Below are positions 38,814 to 52,415 of a DNA stretch of 64,000 bases, in pieces (positions within the stretch are counted from its first letter, which is position 1; each line of letters opens with the position of its first letter). The notes beneath the pieces are model-generated. The model did not search any database, had not been told where the DNA came from, and saw only the letters and a program-made list of their open reading frames with translations. Source of the DNA: Octopus vulgaris (lineage: Eukaryota); the NCBI GenBank assembly GCA_951406725.2, contig OX597823.1, positions 68,076,001 through 68,140,000 of the forward strand, in the 5' to 3' direction. A program made the translations under genes and the position numbers.

Positions 38814-38848
<35 letters not shown>

Positions 38849-39000
38849 GACCCATATATATATATATACACTTACATATATATATATATATATATAGACT
38901 CAATAGTCATATACCTCTGAATGAAGTGTTAGTCAAGTACAGAGCAATAATAAGAAAAAAGATGACAAAGGAATAAACAATTATCTTATGAACTTTATTA

Positions 39001-39042
39001 GCTTACAACTGTTTCCACAATAAGAAGTAGTGGACTCATAGT
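39001..39042 (-). ncRNA. Degenerate hammerhead motif
   Basis: Minus strand CT-ATGA-GTCCAC-tacttcttatt-GTGGA-AACAGTTGTAAGC. Confidence 0.4.
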
Positions 39043-40834
39043 TGAGTGCCTGAGCAACACCTCACAGTTTCATCACTCAGGCAACAAAATATATGTGTGT
39101 GTGTGTATGTTTGTGTGTTTATATCTTGGAAAGGACATCATAACTTTATAGAGTTTTTCTTTGAGTGAAATATATAGGAAATTATAGCTAACATAATTTC
39201 AGTAAATATTACTAAAAGTTAAGTGAAATGAAGTGACAAAAAACAGTAGAGTGTTTGATTAAATCCCTTGCATTATTTAGTTCCATCTTTATACATTCTG
39301 ATCTCAGTTCCTTGTAAAATTCATAGAATAGTACTAGTTATAAATGAGAACATCTCAATAGACTCCTATGCATTTTTAACCTGTGCCAACATGAATAGAT
39401 CAGTGTTACAAAAAATTAAATATGGCACGGAAGGAGTTTTACAATGAATAAGACTAAATTGTTAGTCTTTTGCCTTTTTTTAAGAAAACATTCTATTGTT
39501 TAAAAAAACCCAATTAATTCAAGCTTGTGTTACATTTTAGCTCAAGAGATAAAGTCCTGACATCTTGATGCAATTTTAATGTTAATTTGCAGAGAGTGGG
39601 CTCATTAAACTTGGGAATTATATATAAGAATAAGTATGTGAAGTAATTCTGTTTTGAAATAAGTTACATGTTTATTTTTATAACAGATTTTTTTTATTGA
39701 GATAGATCTACCGAAAGACAATCTCTGATTAGCTATTACACTTCAAAACCAGCCATTCACAACATTAGTTCCATTGGGCCACTGGATCAGCCTGAAAGTC
39801 CTTTCAGCTTGTACCACTTGGGTGGATCTATCAGTCTCGGTACCCCAAGAGGGTAAAATGATATGTAATATGCTAATAAAGTGAAGATTCTTGCAAAGGA
39901 AAAAGTAGATATGTATATGTTAGTTTGATAAAGGTCTTTGTGAAGGAAAAATTAGATGTCTGATAATGACTGATGTAGTTAGAATTGCCAAAATATTAAA
40001 CGGGAAGCAAAGGACAAACAAGAGGCCTAAATGTGTATAGGGTTAGTGTTAACTAAAATAAATATTTCAGAAAGAGTATATAATACTCAATTCATATAAA
40101 AGTCTTAAAAGAGTGTGTCAACATCTGTTATGTATAGTGCATTAAGGAAGAAGTTTCAAGCTCAGGAAATTAGTTCTAGGTGTTATCAATAAGAAGGGAT
40201 TTTGATATACTTTATTTCATTAAGAATTGTTGTCTGTAAACCATAAAAGTTTATTTCATCAAAATTTTCTAATGCTGTATACAGCTAATAGCATTCTGCT
40301 GGCAACCTATGTGCCCACTTGTGTTGAAAGTGTGACAGCTCTATCATGAAAACAATGATTGTGGTGATAGAGGTTGATTACATAAAAGATGTAAGAAATA
40401 CTGTGAAATAGATTTTGATAATGACTGATGTTAAGATTAGAGTAATATTCCAAAGGATGATGTTGATAACAAACTGTTTTAATAGTGCCTGCCAAATTTT
40501 CTTTCAGTTACTTGAAGAATCATTTATTTGTTATTTTTGATATTTACTTTTTATCCCAGAGACATATTACTTAAATAAACACTGTGCTTTTAATCAAATT
40601 CAAACTTTAAGCTGCTTTGGATTAATAATAATACCCTCAAGTAGTAAGCGGATATTTTAGTATAACCACATGCTGTCATTTCATTGTTGTTTGACAGTTG
40701 TAAATTATAATATTCACTCCCCACTACCCAGGAGTTAAGTTTTGCAGGATATTTAACAAGAAATGTGTATACAATGTTGAGGAGAATGATGATGATGGAG
40801 GTTGTGTAAAGCTAAAACAGTGATGATAAAGTGG

Positions 40835-41040
40835 ATAACTGACAGAATCATTAGTATGTTGGACAAAATGCCTTACAGCATTTCCAGCTCTTTACTTTCT
40901 GAGTTCAAATTGTGCCAAAGTTATATTTGCCTTTCATCCTTTCAGGGTTGATAAAATGAAATACCAGTCATGTACTGGAGTCAATGTAAACTAATTGCCT
41001 TCCACTAAACCCTACTGGCATTGTGCCAAAATGTGAAATG
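40835..41040 (+). mobile_element. Family B SINE
   Basis: B box GAGTTCAAATT; TTTGCCTTTCATCCTTTCAGGGTTGATAAAAT. Confidence 0.75.
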
Positions 41041-41397
41041 GTAACCATGATCATGATGCTGATGATGATAAGTAGGGATGATTGCAGAAGTAAGATAAAT
41101 CATGATGACAAAGTGGTGATAAGGCTTCAATAGATAATTGATGGCATTTTGATGTATGTCATGTATTCATGAAATATATCAATCTTTGGTAAAATTCTGC
41201 AAGATATTTAACATATCTGAGATATACTTCCTTGGTTTATCAAATAGACATCCAAGAAAATAGCAATGTATTCTTAAAATTCAAATTTTCTTCTTGAAGC
41301 AAATGTATATCTTATGGAAATTATACTATGTGGATAGAAGTTTATTGAATATATTTACAAAAGAAAAATTTCATACCATAATTCAATTCAAAAATCG

Positions 41398-41410
41398 TGT
41401 GCATACATGC

Positions 41411-41445
<35 letters not shown>

Positions 41446-41585
41446 TGTATGTATGTATGTATGTATGTATGTATGTATGTATGTATGTATGTATGTATGT
41501 ATGTGTGTGTGTGTATGTATGCATGTATGTGTGTGTATGTGTGTGTGTATGTGTGTGTGTGTGCATGTGCATGTGTGTATATGTC
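41398..41585. repeat. (TATG)n/(TG)n microsatellite
   Basis: Read directly from the sequence. Confidence 0.95.
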
Positions 41586-41784
41586 ATTATTCAGTCTCAT
41601 TTCAAGAGTTCTTGCCAATAGAAAAAGAGTTGGTTTCTAATCCAGATCCAAGGTTCCTTCATTGGAATTTCAACATCAACAAAGTATTTTTGCATGTATG
41701 CATATGTGCAGATTTGTATGTTCTGTTTTATGTATGTATTCTCATGTATATAGTTACATATCTAGACATGTTCATATATACTTA

Positions 41785-42790
41785 AGTGTTCTCCTTGTTT
41801 TTGAGAAGCCTAATTTCTCAAGATAGGTATTTAGGCAGTGTGTTACATATCCCAGTGTCCCAATAATTACAGGTATAAACCTGAACTTGTAATCTGGATA
41901 GAATAACTGCAGATTTCTCAATAGTTCACTGTAGGTATTTTCCTTTTCATTGATCTTCAGCTTTATGTTAACATCTGCTGGGCAGCCTATTTCCACAACT
42001 GTATATTTTCTCTTCTCAGCCCCAAATCATTATGTCAGGTCTATAGTATTTACATTTTGCTGATGTTTTCACTGGAACATTCCACCAGTACTCCTTTTTA
42101 TTATGAGTAGCTATGGCTCCCACTGTGCTGTGGGTTCTTAGTTCTTTGTCCTTAGGGTTATCCTTCTGACGGATCTTGTTATACTATATAGTGTCCTAGC
42201 TACAACATCATGTCTTATTGGTAGATGATACTGTGATGATATTTTTGGACAACTGCTTATGATGCGGGAGATATCTTTGGTGTTAACTCCACAAAGTCTG
42301 CATTGGTTGTCACATTTGGCTGCTTTTCCTGCATCTCTGTCCCTTTTGCATATCAGGTTGATATTTCATCTTCCTGGATAGCAAATGTATACTTTTCGAA
42401 GAGGGAGGTAATAATCCAGTTGTTGGTTCATGATAGACTGCTTTGTTGACCAATATTTCTATTGTCTCGGAGCTTTCTACTTACATATCCATGCATGGTC
42501 TTCAGCTGATATACACTCATCCTTTCATCTGATGATACATTGCAGTAGAGTTGGTTGATTTCTTTGGGCATGTAGTTAAGGTTAACAGACAAAGAATGCT
42601 GCTCAAAGAGTTGCTTTCCAAATCTTATGCACCTTGGCACTTAGTGGTTAATAGATATTGCCAAAGGGACATGATACAATATTCAAAGGCAGTCTGGATT
42701 GATGTTAAGCCCCTGCCACCTTGTTTTTGTTTTAGGTACATGTGATCTATATCACTGTTGATGTGGAAATTATGTGCTGTGAAAAGAAGG
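41785..42790 (-). pseudogene. R4/Dong-like (R2 group) non-LTR retrotransposon fragment with CCHC knuckle and restriction-like endonuclease
   Basis: YLKQKQGGRGL; CRLCGVNTKDISRIISSC; RHDVVA; WWNVPV...RPDIMIW; VEIGCPADVNIKLKINEKENTY...FIPVIIGTLG. Stops and frameshifts present. Confidence 0.85.
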
Positions 42791-42991
42791 AAACTGGGTA
42801 GATGGAAACTGTTGGATGAACTGTACATGTAACTCAAAGAGCCAGCCTATTCATATCTGCTATGTTGATTCTACCTGTGAAGTATGTTAAGGGTACATGC
42901 GTCTATGAAATACTCAGCTATTTTGATAGCTAATTCAATGAACAAATTGCTCAGTTTATCAGAAAAATGCATACTCATATGTTGAAATTGA

Positions 42992-43397
42992 CTACTTGCT
43001 TCAGCCACTGTGGCCATTTGGCTGTGGCCATGCTGGAGCAGTGCCTTTAGTCGAGAAAATCGACCCCAGGACCCAGGACTTATTCTATGGAAGCCTAGTA
43101 CTTATTCTATCGGTCTCTTTTGCCAAACCGCTAAGTTAGGGGAATGTAAATACATAACCATCAGTTGTGCGGGGACAAACACAGACACACAAACATACAC
43201 ACACACACACACATGCACACACACATATACATATATACAATGGGCTTCTTTCAGTTTCTGTCTACCAAATCCACTCACAAGGCTTTGGTCGGCCCGAGGC
43301 TATAGTAAAAGACACTTGCCCAAGGTGCCACACAATGGGACTGAACCCGGAACTATGTGGTTGGTAAGAAAGCTACTTACCACACAGCCACTCCTGT
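42992..43397 (-). mobile_element. Family A SINE
   Basis: Reverse complement of 46712-47290. Confidence 0.85.
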
Positions 43398-43879
43398 ACA
43401 GTAACAATCACTTATGTATACATGTATGTATGCATATATGTAGACATGTATTTATAATGTATGTGGATGCGAGCATAAAAGATACATAAAAATATTTAAA
43501 AGTTAGTAACATGAACTGATAACTTCTAATTAATACCAATGTGCATTGAGAACTATACTACACTGCCTGGTTAATTTTATAGTCGAATGAGTCACATTTT
43601 ACTTCCATTTCAAAATAGAAATTTTGATTCAAGAATTGCTGCTGCATACGTCTGCGGCAACAAATTTATTTACAACTCTACAATTCTAATTGCAATTTTC
43701 TATCATCTTACTTTGAATAGTGACTGTTACCTGATTTATTTAGCTTGACTAAGAAATATACTCCTCTCTTAGCCTTTAACTGGTGGGAGAGTTGCATGTG
43801 TGTGCCAAATGGGCAAAAAAACACAAAAAATTTCTCTTTTCCTTAGAGTTATTTTTTTTTTTTTACTTATTTTCACTAA

Positions 43880-44055
43880 CCCTTTAGCATTCAGATTTCT
43901 CTATCAAATGTAATGCTTATTTATTCTCATTGGTTTGAATTAGTCTTGCATTATCTTATTGCTTTCAGGTTTCAATGATGTGATTGTTTATTTTTAGAAT
44001 AATATTGAAGGGTAAATGTCACAGGCAAGATATGGCTGGTTTAAGTACTAAAGGG
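43880..44055. mobile_element. piggyBac-like MITE
   Basis: Termini CCCTTTAGCA...TACTAAAGGG with degenerate TTAA flanks (CTAA and GTAA). Confidence 0.55.
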
Positions 44056-44722
44056 GTAAATAAGTGCAAAACCTAAAATAATTCTTAGTCTCTCACTCAT
44101 TAAAATTTATAATTGCATTATCAAAAAGTGATGTAAAATATTTACATTCTTTTGATGATAGCCTAATCCATTTAAAATTTTTGAAACATCAACTGATGTC
44201 ACTGTTTTCGAATGAAATACAAGCTGATGATGTCTGCCATATAAGGGTTAATCAAACCAACTAGGAAGACTCTACAGAGTTGCTTGAACTGCATGGACTA
44301 GTAGCTAAATCTCTCTTTAAACCCACCTTGTCATTGAAGCACAAGTGAAAAAATTAAATCAACAAACAAAAATGTGAAGATCATGTGGATAGATAAGGGT
44401 TAGAATGGTTGAAATCAATAGGTTTGCAGAATAAGTGCAGACTTGGTTGGACAAATAAAAGGCATGATTTGGTCTGAATGAACCTTTTCAAAAATACTAT
44501 ATTCTTTTTAGTTCGCAAGATTAATCATATATGTATAGACACACACATACAAACACACGCACGCATGCATGCACGCACACACACTTCAGTAGTTCATACA
44601 TCTGAAAAGAAGCACGCTCTAAAACATTAGAGCAGTAATAGATAGAAGTTTGTCCATTATGGCTGGTCAGAGAATGACCATTGTTTCTGCACTTATTAAG
44701 CACTTAGCTGCATAGACTGATG

Positions 44723-45100
44723 TTGTCAGCAGGCAGTTTAGCTTGATGGCACACTATTCAGCTGGTTTTTGAGAGGTGTGGGTTCAAATCCCGTAGCTGT
44801 CTGCTGACAAATTTATGTTATATAAGGGCAAAACACCTAATCTTTCTGCTGTTTTCAGGGCTATACTTTGTTTGAAATATTACTTCCATCTATCTATGTA
44901 ACAGCGTGTGTAAGGTTGGCAATTTTTTTCCTTCGTTTTCCCTTCCTTGGATCTTTCCTTTTTCTATGTTTCTGATGAAGAGCTCCGCTCGAAACATTAA
45001 ATCCTCCTTCTTTCCTTCCTTTCCTGAGTGTCCAATAATACTATACATGTTCCACGTCCTCGTGTTGTTGTGTTTTCTCTTTGTCTTTTCATGTTTGGAT

Positions 45101-45104
<4 letters not shown>
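44723..45104 (+). mobile_element. SINE-like element with a tRNA-like head and hammerhead-containing tail ending in (TA)n
   Basis: A box TAGCTTGATGG 44739-44749, B box GGTTCAAATCC 44781-44791, hammerhead at 44968-45002. Confidence 0.55.
44968..45002 (+). ncRNA. Minimal type I hammerhead ribozyme motif
   Basis: GTTT-CTGATGA-a-GAGC-tcc-GCTC-GAAA-CATT-AAAT; AACATT is one CpG-type change from palindromic AACGTT. Confidence 0.7.
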
Positions 45105-45144
<40 letters not shown>

Positions 45145-45149
45145 CAATC

Positions 45150-45370
45150 AATTAATGTCAACTTTTCCATGAATGTATGTGTTCTATAAAATTTGTTGAA
45201 ACATTTTCTATGGTTGGATGCCCTTCCTGTTGTCAACCCTCACTCATTTCCAAGGAAGGTTAAGGTAATATTTCCCATAGCCAGACATATTTTTCAAAGA
45301 AGACTAGAAATGAACAACCTCGCTCATATGATGATAATGCTCATTCTATAACCATCACATGATATCTAGA
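45150..45370 (-). mobile_element. SINE tail module sharing the RTE 3' end
   Basis: Reverse complement of 12500-12750 (GGATGCCCTTCCTG, CATTTCCAAG). Confidence 0.65.
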
Positions 45371-45442
45371 TATACACACAAAGTTCATATACACACACAA
45401 ATCTGTCTGACTGTCTGTCTATCTATCTATCTATCTTTCCAT

Positions 45443-46695
45443 AAAGGCAGACAAATCACAAACCCCTTCAGGTAGATGGCCCTGCTCGATCTGTTGAAAA
45501 GCCGTAGATAGAAACTCCATAATATGAACCCAGTATAAGCTATGGACACATAAGAGATCAGCAATATCAATGGAAGGTTAACTGGGAAGATAGTTTTTGC
45601 GTGTGGCAGATGTACAGGGGCAAAAACCACTGATGATGTACAGAAAACAGACTCTGTCGCATGCCAGGGGGAAAAAACTAGAAGTAGATGATAGCTTCCA
45701 TTACCAAGGTGACCAAGTCAGTAGCAGGGGGTGGATGCTCTGAGAGTGTAGCTGCTGGAATAAGAATTGCCTGGGCAAAGTTCAGAGAGCTCCTACCTCT
45801 GCTGGTAACAAAAGGCCTCTCGCTCAGAGTGAAAGGTAAACTGTGTGATGCCTGTGTGGAAACAACTATGCTACGGAGCAGTGAAACATGGGCTGTGACT
45901 GCTGAGGACATGTGTAAGCTTGAAAGAAAAGGAAGCTAGTATTCTCTACTGGATGTGCATGACAGAGTGTAAGCACCCTGAGAGAAAGAAGCATCAGATG
46001 TGATGCACAAGAAAGACGACTGTGCTGGTATGGTCATATGTTGAGTATGGATGAGGACAGCTGTGTGAAGAAGTGTCACACCCTAAGAGTGGGGGGAACC
46101 TGTGGAAGATGTAGACCCAGGAAGACATGGGATGAGGTGGTGAAGCATGACCTTCAAATATTGGGCTTCACAGAGGCAATGACAAGCAACCGAGACCTTT
46201 GGAGATATGTTGTGCTTGAGAGGACCCGACAAACCAAGTGAGATCATAGTTGGGGTTGTTGCCTAACTGGCCTGTTTAAAAGTAACCCTTCAATCATTGG
46301 GCAATATGCTGGGCTTGAGAAGACCTATTGAGTCAAGTGAAATTGTAGTTGTGGCTGATGCCAGTGCTGCCTGTGCTGGTGCACGTATATAGCTCCATTC
46401 AAGTGTGACAATGCCAAGTGTCACCTGACTGGCACTCGTGCTGGTGGCATGTAAAAAGCACCATTCAAGCGTGCTTGATGCCAGTGCCACCTGACTGGCT
46501 CCTGTGCCTGTGGCACATACAAAGCATCCATGACACACTTGGAGTGGTTGGTATTAGGAAGGGCATCCAGCTGTAGATACCTTGCCAGATCAGATTAGAG
46601 TCTGGTGTGGCTGCCCTTCTTGCCAGTCCTCAGTCAAACCGTCCAACACTGTCACCATGGAAAGCGGATGTTAAACGATGATGATGATGATGATG
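45443..46695 (+). pseudogene. 5'-truncated RTE-clade LINE (end of ORF, 3' UTR, (GAT)n tail)
   Basis: RIAWAKFRELLPLL...SETWAVT; RRLCWYGHML...RPRKTWDEVVKHDL...RDLWR; stop at 46241; frameshifts present. Confidence 0.9.
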
Positions 46696-46711
46696 ATATA
46701 TATATATATAT

Positions 46712-47290
<579 letters not shown>

Positions 47291-48115
47291 GTATATATAT
47301 ATATGGTTCAAATATGGGAAGAAAAAGTTGGATATAAGAAGCATCAGATGTGGTGTATTAGTTTGACATGAGGGAAAAATGGAAATGACAGGCTTCTTTT
47401 AATTAACATCTACCAAGTTCACTCTTGGAGCTAAAACAGAAGACACTTTCTCAAAGTGCCCTGCAGAGGGACTGAACCATAGAACATGGTTGGGAAGCAA
47501 GCTCCTCAATCACATACTCATGTCTGCAACTACATACCAATTCAGAGAGAGAGAGAGAAAGAGGTAATGTAGTGATGCAGTAATAAATATCATATGTATG
47601 AAAGAAAGTACCTCAGGAGAGCATTCTTCATACTAAATACAAATGTACTAAAGTCTTACATATGTAAATATAGCGAACTGAAAAAACTTTGGTTAACTGA
47701 GAGAATTTGTGCAATTAATAGACAAAATCTCCCTCCAGCATAGTTTAAAATCTAAAAACATCAACTATACACACACACACTTTCATGCACACACACATTC
47801 AAAATATTTTCATGCAGGTGTATGTACATTTGATTTTGTGAGGATGTATCTGATCATTAATGGAAAAAGTACTACAAAAGTTTTGAAAATTACTTTCAAG
47901 AAACAATATTGTATATATTTCATAGCTTTCATGTTAAGCAGACTGATGAATATTATCTGTGATCATGTTTACTCATTTCACAAACTAAAAGAATTCATAT
48001 GATTGCTATTCACCTGAAGTCTTTATAGTATTAAGAACATGAGAAATAATCTTCCCCAGAATTAAGAGTACAAATTACTGCAAATAAATTTTCCACAGAT
48101 TTCTGATATTTTACA

Positions 48116-48809
48116 CATAAGAAGCATCAGATGTGTGCATGAGAAATGACTGCTGATATGGTCATAGTCATGTGTTACATATGGATGAGGACAACTGTGT
48201 GAAGAAGTGTCACACCCTAATAGTGGAGGGAACTTGTGGAAGAGGTAGACCCAGGAATACCTAGGATGAGGTGGTGAAGCATGGCCTTTGAACATTGGGC
48301 CTCACAGAGGCAATGACAAACAACTGAGACCTTTGGAGATATGCTGTGCTAGAGAAGACACTGCAAGCCAAGTAAGATCATAGTTGTGGCCTATGCCAGT
48401 TTTGCATAACCGGCCCATTTAAGAATACTCTTCAATCATCAGGCAATATGTTGAGTCAAGTAAAATCGTTATGGTTAATGCCAGTGTCACCTGACTGGCA
48501 CCCTTGCTGTGTTGCACATTAAAAGCACCATTTGAGTGTGGTCAATGCTAGTGCTGCCGGATTGGCTCCTGTACTGGTGGCACGTAATAAGCACTAATCA
48601 AGCATGGTTGATGCCAGTGGCACCTAACTGGCCTCCATGCCAGTGGCACATAAACAGCATCCACTACATTCTCAGAGTGGTTGGCATTAAGAAGAAACCT
48701 TTCCAAATCAGATCAGAGCATTGTGAAGTCTCCTGGCTTGCCAGGCCTCAGTCAAACCATCCAACTCATGCTAGCATGGAAAGCGGACACTAAATGATGA
48801 TGATGATGA
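48116..48809 (+). pseudogene. 5'-truncated RTE LINE 3' fragment
   Basis: Colinear with 45986-46695. Confidence 0.85.
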
Positions 48810-48810
48810 A

Positions 48811-49290
48811 TAACACTATGTAACAAAAGTTTAATTTTTTGTTTTGTTTTTGGTCAGTAAATGTTGTTTCCTACTTGCTTCTGTCTAGAAATCAAAGGAA
48901 ATGAGTAATGTTCCCTTCAAACTTTGCTTTTCTGATCCGGACATCAATGTTTTGAAACTCACCTATTTTCCATCACACTTCAGACATATTAAGCACTGAG
49001 TTGCTGAAGCAGAAATATCATCATAGCAAATATTCTGCTCAAAACCCACAGATTTTCTTATCAGATGCTTGGCCTTAACCAGCTGAGCATGTCCCTTAGT
49101 GGCAGACAATATGTACATCTCTGATGATGAGCAGGAGTAGTGGGGAAGCATCATAACCATCTGTTGAGAGAAATTCTTTGGGGTTTGAATAAATGTAACA
49201 AAAGTAAAGTCTGAAGGAAATATTAGCTACTTTTCATACTTTCAATGAGAAATGACAGACAGTTGCTACCCAAGGACACAAATCGTGTTA
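48811..49290 (+). mobile_element. MITE-like element, copy of 15588-16055
   Basis: TAACAC...GTGTTA termini and internal similarity to 15588-16055. Confidence 0.7.
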
Positions 49291-50289
49291 TACAGCATAA
49301 TTAGTGAGACAAAATCTCAGCTGTGAATATGAACTAATGGCTCATGAGCAGGGTTAACTAATGGTTTTTCTCCATTTGCCCACTTTCTAATTTCTTTAAT
49401 TTTAATAGACTCATCATATTGATTCATGCTGTTGATTTTGATGAGATGAAATTCAAAATATAAATTAATCACTATTATTATTACTGTTTTTTTTCCCCTT
49501 TTACAACTTGCTTGTAAATATCTGATTTTTCCATATTACTCCTTTTGTATTCTTCCTTACTGTATCTTATTTTAATTTACTTTATTTTATTAAACCTTTT
49601 TTGATGTCCTTCCAAAAATTCTTGACACTGATGAGAATGACAATGCATAAATTTAATTATAATTACTATGATTATAATATTTTTGTTACATATTTGTATT
49701 GTCCTTTGAAATGTGCGTATGTATAGAATCCTATTTTGTATTAAATCTAATTCTGATGCAACACCTTTTTCTCCTGCATTTTTCTATAATTGTTTATGGT
49801 ATATTTATGCCTATAACGATATTTTTCAACTACTATTTTCATATTCTTATTACTTGCTCTGACTGTTTTGAATATGATGAATATGATGAATCTTTATTAG
49901 AAATCATTCTTTCTCTCTTTCAAGACCCCTCAAAAACTTTGAATTGTTCATTTTTGAACTTTTAAATATATATATATATATACATATACATATACACACA
50001 AATACACACACAAACACACACAGAAGTAGTGTATCATGAGCTGAGGTATTGCACAATTTTCCAGTAATGTAAATGATTAATTCTAAAGATAAAATTGAAA
50101 AAAATGAGTTGAAAAGCTGTAACTAATGAGTTGGAAAATAAATCGAGGTAGGTAATTCTGTATTACTTGAATGTTTGAGTGATTAATATCAGGATTAATT
50201 AGAAGTGTCTCTTATGATAGGAGGGAGAAATATATTAATGAGAAATGCACATTTAGCAATAAAAATATAGGCATGTGTATATGCAGATG

Positions 50290-50305
50290 TGCATATATAT
50301 ATAAA

Positions 50306-50363
<58 letters not shown>

Positions 50364-50535
50364 TATATCTATATGTATACATACATATATATATATATAT
50401 ACTTACATATACACATATATATACATATATATATACATACACACACACACACACATATATATATACATACACATACACACATATATATATATAGATACAG
50501 ATATATGCATACATATATATATATGTATATATACA
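50290..50535. repeat. Compound (TA)n/(CA)n microsatellite
   Basis: Read directly from the sequence. Confidence 0.95.
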
Positions 50536-50537
50536 GA

Positions 50538-50722
50538 GGAGCACTCAGTCAGTTACGATGATGAGGGTCCCAGCTGATACAATCAATGGAACAGCTTGCT
50601 CATGAAATTAACGTGCAAGTGGCTGAGCATTCCACAGACACATGTACCCTTAACGTAGTTTGCAAGGAGATTCAGCATGACACAGAGTGTGACAAGGCTG
50701 GCTCTTTTTTGAAATACAGGTA
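50538..50722 (-). mobile_element. Family C SINE 3' fragment
   Basis: Reverse complement of 36520-36700. Confidence 0.8.
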
Positions 50723-52366
50723 CTATACATATACTACATATACGTATATGTATATATATATATATATATTCACATATATAAACACACACACACACATATA
50801 TATTCACATATATAAACACACACACATATATATTCATATATATAAACATACACACACACATATATATATACACACAAATACATATACATACAGAAGTTTG
50901 TGCAGGGCATAATCTATCCTTTCTTTGAGGATGTCTTGTAGTCTTTCTTGTGGTTTCGATCCAGGTTAACCTTCATCACACAGACCTATGATTAAAGGTG
51001 TTTTACCATGACAAGTCAGCAATTTTGTAAATAAATCACTACTTTATCCAACATTTTCCTCTTCATGTGTCATGCCAACAGTTGTCTGTGAATCATACTT
51101 CCATCCTATTATTGTTGACTATATCTTCCCATATAAAAGCTGTCAGTTGAGGGAATATTTCTAGTGGGTGAGCAATCTTATAGAAGCTCTCTTACTGATT
51201 CTAGGATATATTATCTGTACTGGTGAAAAACATATATGTACAGAAGTTACATATATATATGCTTCTGATGAGATAAAACACAGCATTCAGTGGATACACT
51301 AAATCATGCTTCTACATCTCAAGTGTCACCAAAACTAGAAAAAAAATACCAAACGATTTCTTACATTAAAAATCTCATCGTTTCTCTTTTTATTGTAAAC
51401 TTGTGTATAAGTGCATATTCCCAAGCATATGTTTGCACATAGAATGAAACTGGCCAAGCAAAGATGAAATTTAAGGAGTTACACACACATACATATATAT
51501 TCCACTGAAGAATGTGATTATAATTCAAAGTTTTCTGTGTATGACAAAGGTGAATAATAAGGCAGGGATGGTGTGGGTGGGGAGTAATAATATACAATAG
51601 TCAGTAGGGAAGAAACAATGCAAGTTTTATTACTGTAGTTGCAGACAAAAGAATATTAACCATGAACATTCCATCATTTTGTCTATCTTTGGCCAAATTC
51701 TCTTAGGTGTCCTATTTCTTTTAAAAGACAGTAGTGTAATTTGAGGGAGATTTGCCTACTATTTCTAGAAAGCCCGTGTATTTATTAAAAGCCTTCTTAT
51801 TTAATTGTTATAAGTAAAATCTGATGATTATTGGATGCCTAGAAGATTATTAGAAAATAGCATATTGTAGTCCATCTGCTCCTTAATCCCTTGTTCGCAG
51901 AAATTTGGCAATTTAGAAAGAGATATGATGCTGGAGCTTTAATTATTTCTCAAGAATTAGCCATTTAGCACAAATGTGTCCATAAGAGATATATAGAAAA
52001 TAAGAAAAAGAGGGAAAGAGTGGAAAAAGAGAATCCTTTTAAGAGTATATCAATAGACGATCAATGAAAATTACAACAAATCTTCAAAGGCAGAATAAGA
52101 AACAATGCTCCAGAATTGTGAATGCAGAAAACTCACTTCATTTCTTTCCATTTTACCCCACTATCAGTAACTTGATAGAATTTATCTGTTGATGTCCACC
52201 AATGATTGAAAGGAGACGGTAGGAAATCTGACTAATCCACAAAAATCTGCATTACTACTACTTTCTCCTAAGAGCATGACAGAGAGAGAGAGAAATCAAC
52301 AAAAATGGACATGTGACTTAGCGTTTAAACACTTGCATGTACACACATACAAACTATCTATCTATA

Positions 52367-52410
<44 letters not shown>

Positions 52411-52415
<5 letters not shown>

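Larger units (their letters stand above)
38373..38825. mobile_element. Young palindromic Penelope-like element with two hammerhead motifs, inside (TA)n
   Basis: Arms of about 217 bp (38373-38589 and 38609-38825), 2 mismatches seen, 19-nt spacer. Confidence 0.8.

Noticed and set aside
41294-41785. Long ORFs rich in YI, CV, HT and MYVC (also near 13.4, 26.4, 28.2, 50.2 and 57.9 kb)
   Set aside because: They are translations of (TA)n, (TG)n and (TATG)n microsatellites, which lack stop codons.
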